Virus record (IMG/VR): IMGVR_UViG_3300027805_000015
Coordinates: 1-59,798 of that record
DNA from: a virus
Taxonomy: Duplodnaviria; Caudoviricetes
DNA: 59,798 bases
Direction: 5' to 3' (one strand)
Below, piece after piece: positions 9,324 to 19,177 of this stretch. Within the stretch, counting starts at the first letter, position 1, and each line of letters opens with the position of its first letter. Under the pieces are notes generated by a model. The model was not told the origin of the DNA. It was given only the letters and a program-made list of their open reading frames with translations, and did no database searches. The position numbers and the translations under genes were made by a program.

Positions 9324-11887
9324 AAACATTCCAAACTTCGTTCGAAAAGTACAAGAACCCTGTACCTCCCGGTGTTCGCTTGCCAGAAATTAAGATTGAC
9401 CAGAGATATTATGCATCTCTGGGCATCGATCCAACCGTTTCAAATTTCGAATTTCTACGTCAGCTTTGCCTAAAGGCTGTCAAAACAAAAGGTATAGATA
9501 AACTACAAAACAAGAAAGATTATTATGAGCGAGCTAAATATGAACTGGCAATCTTTGAAGAGCTTGGTTTCGTCGATTATGTTCTGCTTAATTGGGACAT
9601 TCTTAATTATGCTCATGAGCACAATATTCCTACTGGTTATGGTCGTGGGTCTGCGGCTGGCTCTCTGGTTCTTTTTTTGATTGGTGTTACTAATGTAGAT
9701 CCAATCAAGAACGGGCTCTTCTTTGAGCGATTCGTTTCGAAGAGTCGTGCTAAAAAAATTGTCGTCGAGGGAATCACCTACCTCGACGGCTCTTTGATGC
9801 CTGACGTTGACAATGATATTGAGTTCTCAAAACGTCAGGAAGTTATTAATTATATTAAAACAAAGTATCAAGGTAAGACTTGTAAGATTCTTACTATGAA
9901 TACTTTAACTGGCAAACTCTGTATTAAAGAATGCGGCAAGATTGTTGCCGAAATGACAGAGGATGAAGTCAATGCGGTAAGCGACGTTATCCCAAAACAA
10001 TTCGGTAAAGTCTTCGCGCTGAAAGACGCTTATGATGAAAGTGAGCAGTTCAAGGCTTTCTGCGACAAGAATCCAAAGGTATTTAAAATTGCAAAAAAGA
10101 TTGAGGCTCTAAATAAAAATACAGGAGTTCACCCATCAGGTATCTCCATCTCTTATTATGACAACGAAGAGATTATGCCGCTACAAAAGACTGGTGATGG
10201 AGAAATCGTATCGGCTTACGATATGAATAATGTCTCCGAAATTACTGTTAAGTTTGATATTCTTGGACTGAGAACACTTACAGTAGTTTTCGATACCTGT
10301 CAGCGTCTTGGCTTGGACTTTAAGAATCTAGACTTCGACAACTCTTCTACCTACAAGTTCCTTCAAGACTTGTCTAATCCAAAGGGACTGTTTCAGATCG
10401 AGGCCAATACCAACTTTCATGTTTGCAAAAAGGTGAAGCCGCGCAATATGCTTGAGCTTGCTTGCGTGCTTTCACTTGCGCGACCCGGTGCGTTGGACTT
10501 CTTGGATCAATATGCCACCTATGTTAGAACAGGAGAATTCCAATCAGTTCATCCTTTCTTTGACGATATCCTTAGTGTGACTGGGGGAATCCCGATCTTC
10601 CAAGAGCAGTTGATGAAGATGATTGTTAAGGTGGGATTTACGCTAGACGAAGCTGAAACAGTTCGTCGCATTATCGGCAAAAAGAAAGTTAGTGAAATGC
10701 CAGCTTGGCAGCAGAAGATCAGAGAAAAGATCGCGCAAAATAATCTTGATCCAGCTATCGCTGACGTTCTTTGGAAAGTTGCTGAAGATAGTGCGAACTA
10801 TTCTTTTAATGCTTCTCATGCATTTAGTTATGCAACTCTAAGCGCATTAACTACTTACCTTAAATTCAATCACCCTAAAGAGTTCTTTTTGGCTCTGCTT
10901 AGATCATCTAGACACGAACCAAATCCGCACGAAGAGATCGAGTCGATTTCTCAAGAGCTTAGTTTTTTTGACATTCGCCTTCTTCCTCCTGACTTATCTA
11001 AGTCCAAGGCTGATTTTGAAATCCAAGGAAATGATATCCGATTTGGACTTAATGCAATCAAAGGAGTATCAGACAAAGTCCTTTGCAATCTGCTTGAGTT
11101 CAGAGATGTTGAGTTTTCAAATAAGATTGACTGCTTCGATGCAGCCAAAGAGGCGGGGGTAAATATCGGTGTCCTATCATCTTTGATTCAAGCTGGAACG
11201 CTTTCGAGCTTCAGCGAAAGACGATGCAGGCTCGTCCTTGAGGCTCAGACATACAATATTCTTACCGATAGAGAAAAAAGAAACGTAAAGCTTTTGGCTC
11301 CAAAGTATAACTTTGACGTTCTTAATACGATAGCCGAAACAGTAAAAAGTAAAACCGTTGGAGACGATGGGAAGATCTTTATGAAAGATTCTCGTTATGA
11401 GACTTTCAAAAACAAGTATCAGTCGTATAAAAAAATCTACGATATGAATAAGCAGTATGAAAAGTTTGCTAACTGGTTTTTTGAACGTCAGCTTCTTGGA
11501 TACAGCTATACCCATAAGCTCAAGGAGGTGTTCTCAGAAGATGATTCTGATCGGCTTTCCACAACATACGAAGCTTCTCAAGTAGACATTCGTCAGAATG
11601 TTAAAATGGTTGGCGTAGTCAAAGAAGCTCGAAAGAAAGTCAGCCGTGCCGGTCGCCCTTATTTATTTGTTAAAATATCAGATGAATATGGCGAAATGGT
11701 TTGCCGACTTACAGACGGAGGTAGAGACGACAAGTTTACAATGTATTATGAAGGCGGTGGCAAGACTCCAAAAGAGGATGACATCGTAATTGTTTATGGA
11801 TCAAAAGCAGAGGATTCTATTTTCTTAAATGGCTTGACAATCCTAAGCGAAAAGATTTACACAAGGATGTCACAAGTAGAATCTTAA
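9320..11887 (+). CDS. dnaE: DNA polymerase III alpha catalytic core lacking the PHP domain
   Basis: GRGSAAGSLV, FERF, PDVDND, HPSG, KFDILGL, RPG, FQEQ, YSFNASHA and a C-terminal OB fold. Confidence 0.93.
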   Translation: MKTFQTSFEKYKNPVPPGVRLPEIKIDQRYYASLGIDPTVSNFEFLRQLCLKAVKTKGIDKLQNKKDYYERAKYELAIFEELGFVDYVLLNWDILNYAHEHNIPTGYGRGSAAGSLVLFLIGVTNVDPIKNGLFFERFVSKSRAKKIVVEGITYLDGSLMPDVDNDIEFSKRQEVINYIKTKYQGKTCKILTMNTLTGKLCIKECGKIVAEMTEDEVNAVSDVIPKQFGKVFALKDAYDESEQFKAFCDKNPKVFKIAKKIEALNKNTGVHPSGISISYYDNEEIMPLQKTGDGEIVSAYDMNNVSEITVKFDILGLRTLTVVFDTCQRLGLDFKNLDFDNSSTYKFLQDLSNPKGLFQIEANTNFHVCKKVKPRNMLELACVLSLARPGALDFLDQYATYVRTGEFQSVHPFFDDILSVTGGIPIFQEQLMKMIVKVGFTLDEAETVRRIIGKKKVSEMPAWQQKIREKIAQNNLDPAIADVLWKVAEDSANYSFNASHAFSYATLSALTTYLKFNHPKEFFLALLRSSRHEPNPHEEIESISQELSFFDIRLLPPDLSKSKADFEIQGNDIRFGLNAIKGVSDKVLCNLLEFRDVEFSNKIDCFDAAKEAGVNIGVLSSLIQAGTLSSFSERRCRLVLEAQTYNILTDREKRNVKLLAPKYNFDVLNTIAETVKSKTVGDDGKIFMKDSRYETFKNKYQSYKKIYDMNKQYEKFANWFFERQLLGYSYTHKLKEVFSEDDSDRLSTTYEASQVDIRQNVKMVGVVKEARKKVSRAGRPYLFVKISDEYGEMVCRLTDGGRDDKFTMYYEGGGKTPKEDDIVIVYGSKAEDSIFLNGLTILSEKIYTRMSQVES

Positions 11888-11894
11888 GTGTAAA

Positions 11895-14306
11895 ATGAAT
11901 AAAGTGCAAGATATTAACTTTACTCCTAGAGTTAAGAGAGCATTGGACGTTGCCAAGCAAAGATGCTTGGAGAACAACTGGCATGAAATTACGGATGAAT
12001 TTTTATTGCATGCCATCCTTTTCTCGGAGTCAATGATAGTAAACCTTGCATTTCAAAGCGTTAAGATTGAAATAAAAGATGTAGTTCTTGCTCTTTCCAA
12101 GACTTTACCTACTGGCAAAAAGAAAGTCAGCGAGAAAAACGTTAACTTTAGCTCCTCTGCAAAATTAATCGTTGATAATTCATATAAAATTTCTCAAAGC
12201 TTTAAGCAAAATTATACTGGAGTAGAGCATTTATTCCTTTCGATTCTTAGGCATTCGCCTAGCGTTGCCAAGTTCTTTAAGAAGCATGGCCTTGATATTG
12301 CTTTCTTTGCCGATAAAGTAGAAAAAGAATGTAAGCATTTATCTAATCCAGTAAAAAAGCCTATCGAATCACAACAATCCAAATCGCAGGATTCGCTGTC
12401 GGAGTTCTGTGAAGACTTTAACGAAAAGGCTTTAGCTGGAGAGTTTGACCATATCTCTTTTAGAGAAAAAGAAGTAGCTCAACTTTCAGAAGTTCTTTGC
12501 CGCAAACAGAAGAGAAATCCAATCCTTATTGGACATCCAGGTGTCGGCAAGAGCGCTGTTGTTGGACTCATCGCTAAAAAGATTATTAGCTGCCAATGCA
12601 CAGAGTTTCTTCTTAATAAGAAGATTATCAGCGTTAATCTAAGCGCTCTTATTGCTGGAACAAAGCTTAGAGGAGAATTTGAAGAGCGTTTGACTAAAGT
12701 AATGGAACAGATAAAAAAGATTGGCAATGTTATTGTGTTTATCGATGAGGTGCATAACTTGATAGGTCTTGGCAACGATGCTGGTTCAATGGATGGTGCC
12801 AATATCTTAAAGTCTTATCTTACTTCCGAAGACATGTCTTTTATTGGCGCTACTACTGAAAAAGAATACGAGGCTTATTTTGCTAAAGATGCTGCTATGA
12901 ATCGTCGCTTTGAGCCCGTATTTATCAAAGAACCTAATAAAGAGCAGACTCTTGATATCCTTAAGAACTTAAAGGGTTACTATGAATCATTCCACATGAT
13001 TCTTTATCCAGATAGCGTTCTTGTAGATATCGTTAATGTATGCGACAAATATATCACAAGCAAATATTTTCCAGATAAGGCTATTGATCTAATGGATCAG
13101 GTTGGCGCGAAAGTTAAAATTAAAGCTTTTGCCCGCCCTCAAGAGATTAAAAACATGGAAAAGTTAATTTTGGAGTTTGAGAAGATTGCTCCAGACGATA
13201 TCAAGGAAGAGCATCTCGATGACATCATTGAAGACTATCAAAAGAAATACGATGCTTGGGCAGAGGTAATAAAGAATAAAAAAGAAAAGGCCAGAACAAA
13301 AGACGTTTACCAAGCACTGTCTGATAAGATTGGCAAGGTTGTTGATATGGAGTCCGAGAACTCTGGCATCAAGAATATTTACTCCAATCTCAAAAAGCAT
13401 GTCTTTGGTCAAGATGATGTAGTAAAAAAGATATCAGACTGCATCCTGCGTAGTTCTTTTGGTCTAGCTAAAAATTCTCGTCCGCTTGGAAACTTTATGT
13501 TTATCGGGCCAACGGGTTCTGGCAAAACACACTTAGCTAAGATGCTGGCAAAAGAAGCGTTTGGCTCAGACTCTAATCTCTGTATTGTTGATATGTCAGA
13601 GTTTATGGAAAGCCATGCAGTCTCTAAATTGATCGGAGCGCCTCCAGGTTATGTCGGGCACAAAGAGCCTAGTATATTTTTTACACAGCTACAAAAGCAC
13701 CCATCTACCGTGTTCCTGTTCGACGAAATAGAAAAGGCGCACCCAGATGTAGTCAATATTCTGCTTCAAATTATGGATCGTGGAGAGCTTACTGATTCAG
13801 TAGGCAATAAGCTGAATTTTAAAAACTCTATTGTCATCATGACTGGGAATGTTGGTTTTCAGATTAACGACAATAAAAGAATGGGTTTTGGAGCAATATC
13901 GAATCCAAAGCCAACCAAGGATAGCATCATGGATAGCCTAAAGAAATTCTTTAGGCCAGAATTTTTAGCTAGGCTAAATGAAATTGTTATTTTTCAAGAG
14001 CTTTCCACAGAAAGCTTGATTAAAGTTATCGAAACAGAATTGGACTTTATCAAGACATCTTTGGCGAACAATGGAACAACCATTTCCTTCTCTTCAGAAA
14101 TTATTGATTATGTTATAGATAAGACCAAAGACTCTAATTCTGGCGCTAGAAAAGTAGTATTTTTTATAGAGAACGAACTGAAGACTAAAATAGTTGATGT
14201 TTTATCCACTGCCAAGTATAATCAAATTAAAGTCTCCGTTAAAAACGGGGAAATACAAGTAGATGGAAAAACAAAAAAACTTCTTGCAACATGCGATAAA
14301 AAATAA
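11895..14306 (+). CDS. clpC: ClpA/ClpC-family AAA+ ATPase
   Basis: Clp N-domain, GHPGVGKS, FIDEVH, RRF, PDKAIDL, GPTGSGKT, KLIGAPPGYVG, FDEIEKAH, MGFG loop, FRPEFL. Confidence 0.88.
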   Translation: MNKVQDINFTPRVKRALDVAKQRCLENNWHEITDEFLLHAILFSESMIVNLAFQSVKIEIKDVVLALSKTLPTGKKKVSEKNVNFSSSAKLIVDNSYKISQSFKQNYTGVEHLFLSILRHSPSVAKFFKKHGLDIAFFADKVEKECKHLSNPVKKPIESQQSKSQDSLSEFCEDFNEKALAGEFDHISFREKEVAQLSEVLCRKQKRNPILIGHPGVGKSAVVGLIAKKIISCQCTEFLLNKKIISVNLSALIAGTKLRGEFEERLTKVMEQIKKIGNVIVFIDEVHNLIGLGNDAGSMDGANILKSYLTSEDMSFIGATTEKEYEAYFAKDAAMNRRFEPVFIKEPNKEQTLDILKNLKGYYESFHMILYPDSVLVDIVNVCDKYITSKYFPDKAIDLMDQVGAKVKIKAFARPQEIKNMEKLILEFEKIAPDDIKEEHLDDIIEDYQKKYDAWAEVIKNKKEKARTKDVYQALSDKIGKVVDMESENSGIKNIYSNLKKHVFGQDDVVKKISDCILRSSFGLAKNSRPLGNFMFIGPTGSGKTHLAKMLAKEAFGSDSNLCIVDMSEFMESHAVSKLIGAPPGYVGHKEPSIFFTQLQKHPSTVFLFDEIEKAHPDVVNILLQIMDRGELTDSVGNKLNFKNSIVIMTGNVGFQINDNKRMGFGAISNPKPTKDSIMDSLKKFFRPEFLARLNEIVIFQELSTESLIKVIETELDFIKTSLANNGTTISFSSEIIDYVIDKTKDSNSGARKVVFFIENELKTKIVDVLSTAKYNQIKVSVKNGEIQVDGKTKKLLATCDKK

Positions 14307-15246
14307 CTCAATTCTTCCAATTGAAGATGAAATGCTTGCTCATGTATGTCGCAGAATAAAAGAAAAGACCTCTAAAGACGTATCCTCCAAGCAAAAGCTT
14401 GAGAGTGAAATAATGTCGGATACTTATTTGCTTATGATTGAAAAGCTTCCTTACTATTTAAAAATAAACCTTTCTCCAGAAGTTCCTAACTTTTGGAAAG
14501 AGCTTTGTTCCGGTGATTTTGACTTTCATCCTAAAATAATAGATTATTCTTTTGATGAAGAGTTTAAGTATTTTTGCTATGAAGTTCCAATTGGCATTTT
14601 AGCTAGGGACATATCAAACTATCCACTTCACCCAAGCCTTAATCTGCAAAAGGCTTTTTCTGATTTACTGAAAAAAACTCATGGCACAAAGATTAAAAAC
14701 GATGACGAGACTGTAGGTATATTTAATTCATTTCTTCCATTAGAGTCTCTATCTATTTATAATACATTCCCTGTAGTTGAGTTATTTTCTACATTACGCC
14801 TATTATTTAAACAGACATACCAATTCAATCCTGAGCTTCTTGGTCTTTGCCATTTTGATATATCCTTAGATAACTTAATTTTGTCTAAGAAACAATTTAA
14901 ATTAATCAATTTTGAATACGGAGGAAATGCTAATATTTATTTAGATCTTTTGTTGGCTAAAGATAATTTAAATGTCTCCGAAGAAACTTTTGATAGCTTC
15001 TTAAAACAGCATGGGTTATATAGGTCAGATTACAGAGATTATGTAGATGCTTCGTATATATTTAATTTTGCCTATTTTAATAGTAAGATTGTTTCAGAAT
15101 ATATGACTTTCGGAACAAGCAATCCAATCAAACTTAAAGATTGGATCAATAGATCTAGCTTTTATTATGAAAAGCTCGCTCCAAAGCTTTTTGTTTCAAA
15201 AACTATTGACAAAAAGATACGTCATTTATATTATCTTTGGAAATAA
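14263..15246 (+). CDS. APH/choline-kinase-like phosphotransferase fold, divergent
   Basis: LCHFDISLDNLI (HxDxxxxN) and KLINFEY in place of IDWEY. Confidence 0.5.
   Translation: MEKQKNFLQHAIKNNSILPIEDEMLAHVCRRIKEKTSKDVSSKQKLESEIMSDTYLLMIEKLPYYLKINLSPEVPNFWKELCSGDFDFHPKIIDYSFDEEFKYFCYEVPIGILARDISNYPLHPSLNLQKAFSDLLKKTHGTKIKNDDETVGIFNSFLPLESLSIYNTFPVVELFSTLRLLFKQTYQFNPELLGLCHFDISLDNLILSKKQFKLINFEYGGNANIYLDLLLAKDNLNVSEETFDSFLKQHGLYRSDYRDYVDASYIFNFAYFNSKIVSEYMTFGTSNPIKLKDWINRSSFYYEKLAPKLFVSKTIDKKIRHLYYLWK
15206..15234 (+). promoter_or_regulatory. sigma70-type promoter
   Basis: TTGACA-17-TATTAT. Confidence 0.5.
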
Positions 15247-15254
15247 GGAAACTT

Positions 15255-15476
15255 ATGGCAAAAACAAATAACACTGCACTCAACGTAATCCGAAATAGCG
15301 CTGGTCGCTACTTTGGTCTTGAAACCAAGAATGAAACTATTAATGCCCGCTACATTGGCGAATCAATCGCAACTATTGTTGTAGAGGATCGTAATGCTGG
15401 CGAGGTTCGACGAATCGCAAAGTCGAGCATTACCTCTGTTTCGTTCAAGGGTCGCACTTATACTACAAAGCGCTAA
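15255..15476 (+). CDS. Small hypothetical protein
   Basis: ATG with upstream AAGGA, flanked by a promoter and a terminator. Confidence 0.65.
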   Translation: MAKTNNTALNVIRNSAGRYFGLETKNETINARYIGESIATIVVEDRNAGEVRRIAKSSITSVSFKGRTYTTKR

Positions 15477-15498
15477 CTCCTTGTAGGATAAAGACTTC

Positions 15499-15528
15499 AA
15501 CCCACAGGAAACTGTGGGTTTTATTTTT
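15499..15528 (+). terminator. Rho-independent terminator
   Basis: AACCCACAG-GAAA-CTGTGGGTT followed by TTATTTTT. Confidence 0.8.
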
Positions 15529-15535
15529 GTGTAAA
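15529..15535 (+). promoter_or_regulatory. GTGTAAW putative late promoter
   Basis: Motif immediately after the terminator, heading the Ig-protein gene. Confidence 0.55.
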
Positions 15536-15557
15536 TACATAGTACCGCACAAAATTT

Positions 15558-16166
15558 ATGAAGTTTTTATCTTATTTATTTTTTTGGGTGGCTTTCTCAC
15601 TATCAGTTTTAGCTCAAGATAAAATTGTTTACAAGCAAACTGATCATACAATTTCAGTTGCAGATGAAGACGTTATGATCACTTTTGCCGATGTAAAATC
15701 TAAAGATGTTACTGTATACGTAGCTCCTCCGACTGGGAGAATCCAATTCAAGACTGGTGATAAAATTTATTTTTCAGCGTTAACGGACAAAACGATAAAA
15801 ATATCTGCAATAAAAGGAGCGGCTTTAATTAGCCCAGATAATTCATTTACTGTATCAGGTTACGGATCTCAATGGCAGTTATTGCATTTAGGCAAAAATA
15901 TATGGCTCGCTTCTGGCGATTTATATAGTTTAGAAGTCGATGCTTATCTGAATCAAGATATTACGCTTAGAGCCAGAGTTGATTCGCAGGCTACGGGACC
16001 GTTTACATTTATTTGGCGAAAGAACCAAACTATTATACGGAACGCAATAGGCCCAACTTTAAAGCTAGAAAGACTGAAGCTCTCAGACGCTGGAATATAT
16101 ACCGTTACCGTATCCAATCCTGCTGGGGTTGTATCTAGTGAGGGTATGCAGCTTATCGTTCGTTGA
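15558..16166 (+). CDS. Signal-peptide protein with C-terminal immunoglobulin (I-set-like) domain
   Basis: N-terminal MKFLSYLFFWVAFSLSVLA; C-terminal PFTFIWRKN...TLKL...SDAGIYTVTVSNPAG. Confidence 0.7.
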   Translation: MKFLSYLFFWVAFSLSVLAQDKIVYKQTDHTISVADEDVMITFADVKSKDVTVYVAPPTGRIQFKTGDKIYFSALTDKTIKISAIKGAALISPDNSFTVSGYGSQWQLLHLGKNIWLASGDLYSLEVDAYLNQDITLRARVDSQATGPFTFIWRKNQTIIRNAIGPTLKLERLKLSDAGIYTVTVSNPAGVVSSEGMQLIVR

Positions 16167-16181
16167 TTGCGGTCTATTTTA

Positions 16182-16188
16182 GTGTAAA
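16182..16188 (+). promoter_or_regulatory. GTGTAAW putative late promoter
   Basis: Motif upstream of the fibre module. Confidence 0.55.
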
Positions 16189-16220
16189 TACTAAGGCACG
16201 AATCTATCTGCCATTTAATT

Positions 16221-16625
16221 ATGAACCTGACCTCATTAGCACCCGCAGGATTGGTAAGCGCCCAAAGCCCACTTACAGACCCAGTTATAATTGGGACAAT
16301 AAAGGAAGATATCTATACAATCAATGACGGTGTTGGGTTTGAAGTTGATCCGGGGAATGGGTCGATTCAATTGGTTGCTCTTGCCGCAAACCGCAGCCCA
16401 CAAGCTACTAATTTTCTTGCAGGCGAAAGCGTTACTTTGATGGTGGATGATGGCAGCGGCTACGCTTTGACTTGGACAGGAGCAACTTGGGGCACAGGCT
16501 CAATTAGCGGTGTTAGTTGGGTTGGCGGCAACGCGCCAGTTTTGGCGGCGACTGGGTATACTGTATTGCAGTTCTGGAAGATCGACACTAGAATTTACGG
16601 CGCTTTAGTTGGCAATGTTTTATGA
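16221..16625 (+). CDS. Putative virion fibre-associated protein
   Basis: Beta-rich sequence (GESVTLMVDDG...VSWVGGNAPVL...FWK...YGALVG); ATGA-coupled to the LamG protein. Confidence 0.55.
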   Translation: MNLTSLAPAGLVSAQSPLTDPVIIGTIKEDIYTINDGVGFEVDPGNGSIQLVALAANRSPQATNFLAGESVTLMVDDGSGYALTWTGATWGTGSISGVSWVGGNAPVLAATGYTVLQFWKIDTRIYGALVGNVL

Positions 16626-18673
16626 GGCATCACTTCGTAAGAAGCTCTGCGGGACTAAGAGACCCGAATTTTAAAAATGTAACGCTGTTGTTGCACGGAG
16701 ATGGAACAAACGGGGCACAGAATAATACATTTTTGGATAGTAGCGCAAGCAATAACGCCATCACTACAACTGGAAATGTAGCGCAGGGATCGTTTAGTCC
16801 TTATGGAGATAGATGGAGTGTAGCGCTTGCAGGAAGTTCAGCGCACTTAAGAAGCGCCAATAATGCAAATCTTAACATTGGCGCTTCAGATTTTACATTC
16901 GAGTGTTGGGCAAATGGGTCTTCTTTTTCTACTGATTGGGCTACATTTTTTGCCCGCTGGAATAGCAATGGAAATTATGGTTATTTTTTTAACTACGATA
17001 CTGATGGAGGACTTACTTTTATTTACTCCACAACTGGTTTAGCTGCTGGAAACGTAATCAGGGCTTATGGCGGAACAATGACAGTTGGCAAATGGCATCA
17101 TGTAGCCTTTTGTCGTTCTGGTGGCACTACTAGAGCATTTCTTGATGGAGTTCAAATCGGCTCATCAACATCAGATAATGTGACAATTTTTAACTCTAAT
17201 GGTCAGCAAGTGATTGGTGGAGTTCTTGATGCGTCCACAATATATCACCCATTCACTGGCTACATTTCTAATTTGCGACTTGTTATAGGAACAGCGCTTT
17301 ATACTTCAAATTTTACACCATCTTCGACTCCACTTACGGTTATTGCAAATACTAGAATACTAGCTTGCGCTTCAAATAGATTTGAAGACAAAAGTCCAAC
17401 AGCTTTGACTTTAAATCGAAACGGAACCCCATCTGTTCAGCGCTTTTCTCCATTTGGTCCAGATACTTTATACAGAACAGATAGAATTGGAGGCAGTGCG
17501 TATTTTGATGGTGGAGAATTTCTTCAAGTGGCAAATAGAGGCTTGAAACTAACTGCTGGCTTTTTTACGGCAGAGTGCTGGGTTTATATTTCTGCATATT
17601 CAGGTAATTTTTACGCTCTATTTGATGATTGGTATTGGCAAGGCGGGCACAATGGAGGGTGGAGGGTTTTTATTGATTCTCTGGGACGAATTGTTATGCA
17701 AGCCTCTAATGGAAACTGGAACAACTGGGGCGGCACATTTATAACTTCAAGCAATTCTGTAATTCTCAACCAATGGAATCACGTTGCAATAGTTAGGGGG
17801 GCTAATGATTTAATTAACATATACATAAATGGAATTTCAACAACAACTCCCGTCGCCAGAAAAGAATTAAATCTAAACAGCGGAAGTGCTCAAAGCGCTT
17901 GGCAAAGCAGAATCGGAATAAACGCAAGTGATGTTGTATTTGGAGGAGTTTATAATTATTCCTTTACTGGAACTATCTCTGACTTGAGAATCATCAATGG
18001 CAAATGTTTATATACTGCCAATTTTACCCCGCCAACTGAACCCCTAACAGCTATTCCAGAAACAACATTTTTGGGTAGATTCGCCAATGGCTCTATTGTA
18101 GACAATGCAATGATGAGTAGTTTGGAGACGGCTGGCACGGCTAGAATTAGTACTAGCCAAAAAAAGTATGGAACAGGGTCTCTTGAAATTTCTGGAAATG
18201 GCCTAAACTTTAGAAATACACCTAATTTTCAGTTCGGAACTGGCGACTTCACGCTAGAGTTTTGGCTTTGGCGTAGCAGCGGGGTCAATATGAACAACCG
18301 TATGGTCATCAGTTGCTGGGCCACAAACGGGTGGGGGATTCTTTTTGACGGATCGCAGCAGATTTCCTTGTCAATACCGACAGGATCTTGGGCAAACGTA
18401 GTGCGAGACCCATCGACGTTCCCTTCGGATCAATGGGTCCACGTAGCGGTAAGCCGCCAAACAGGCACAAGCCGCCTTTTCATCAACGGGACACTGGTGG
18501 CTAGCGCCGCAGATTCCAATAATTATGTTGCGACCGCGACCGTGAGGATCGGCACCTTAGACGGGGCAAACTGGAACTTCGTGGGCTACCTTGATGACCT
18601 CCGCATCACCAAAGGCGTAGCCCGCTACACCGCCAACTTCACCCCGCCCACCACCCCCCTGCCTGACTTTTAA
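16622..18673 (+). CDS. Fibre/adhesin with three concanavalin A-like (LamG) domains
   Basis: Three repeats of (D/F)FTxExW...WxHVA...xG(Y/T)xx(N/D)LR...YTxNFTP; N-terminal LLLHGDGTNG. Confidence 0.85.
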   Translation: MRHHFVRSSAGLRDPNFKNVTLLLHGDGTNGAQNNTFLDSSASNNAITTTGNVAQGSFSPYGDRWSVALAGSSAHLRSANNANLNIGASDFTFECWANGSSFSTDWATFFARWNSNGNYGYFFNYDTDGGLTFIYSTTGLAAGNVIRAYGGTMTVGKWHHVAFCRSGGTTRAFLDGVQIGSSTSDNVTIFNSNGQQVIGGVLDASTIYHPFTGYISNLRLVIGTALYTSNFTPSSTPLTVIANTRILACASNRFEDKSPTALTLNRNGTPSVQRFSPFGPDTLYRTDRIGGSAYFDGGEFLQVANRGLKLTAGFFTAECWVYISAYSGNFYALFDDWYWQGGHNGGWRVFIDSLGRIVMQASNGNWNNWGGTFITSSNSVILNQWNHVAIVRGANDLINIYINGISTTTPVARKELNLNSGSAQSAWQSRIGINASDVVFGGVYNYSFTGTISDLRIINGKCLYTANFTPPTEPLTAIPETTFLGRFANGSIVDNAMMSSLETAGTARISTSQKKYGTGSLEISGNGLNFRNTPNFQFGTGDFTLEFWLWRSSGVNMNNRMVISCWATNGWGILFDGSQQISLSIPTGSWANVVRDPSTFPSDQWVHVAVSRQTGTSRLFINGTLVASAADSNNYVATATVRIGTLDGANWNFVGYLDDLRITKGVARYTANFTPPTTPLPDF

Positions 18674-18675
18674 TT

Positions 18676-19158
18676 ATGAATATCGCCATCATCAACAATG
18701 GTCAAGTCACTCAAGTTGGTGACTACAGAGCTTTATTTCCCAACACTAGCTTTCCGCCTAGCGGCCCCAACGACTCTTTTCTTTCCGAGAATAACGCAAT
18801 GAAGGTTAACTTCTGGAAAGAGTATAACCCAGCCACCGAAAAGCTTGTTGGCTGTGAGCCTTACATTGAGAACGGTTGGGTTTATACAGTAACAGTTCAA
18901 GCTTTGACGCCAGAAGAGATCGCGGAGCGCGACATTGTCTTGCCTTATAGAGTTACTAAGGATACTATTACCAGCAGAGTTTTAGAAGCCAACAAACTAC
19001 CCGACTTGATGGCGCTGATAGCCTCGCTCCCAGCAGAGCAAAAGTTTCTTTGGGACGGCTTTTCTTGGTTTTGGAACAATAACCAAACAGTTCGCGGTAT
19101 GGCCACTCAGATCGGGTTGGACCCAGAGGTTATCTTGGCACCCGATCCTTACCTTTAA
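18676..19158 (+). CDS. Fibre-associated (assembly/chaperone-like) protein
   Basis: Follows the LamG fibre; YRALFPNTSFP...YNPATEKL...EPYIE pattern. Confidence 0.5.
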   Translation: MNIAIINNGQVTQVGDYRALFPNTSFPPSGPNDSFLSENNAMKVNFWKEYNPATEKLVGCEPYIENGWVYTVTVQALTPEEIAERDIVLPYRVTKDTITSRVLEANKLPDLMALIASLPAEQKFLWDGFSWFWNNNQTVRGMATQIGLDPEVILAPDPYL

Positions 19159-19162
19159 TTCA

Positions 19163-19169
19163 GTGTAAA
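19163..19169 (+). promoter_or_regulatory. GTGTAAW putative late promoter
   Basis: 15 nt upstream of ATG 19178. Confidence 0.55.
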
Positions 19170-19177
19170 TATATTAT

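Noticed and set aside
16622-18673. Diversity-generating retroelement acting on the LamG fibre
   Set aside because: No reverse transcriptase and no near-identical TR/VR pair in the window; the repeats are similar only at protein level.
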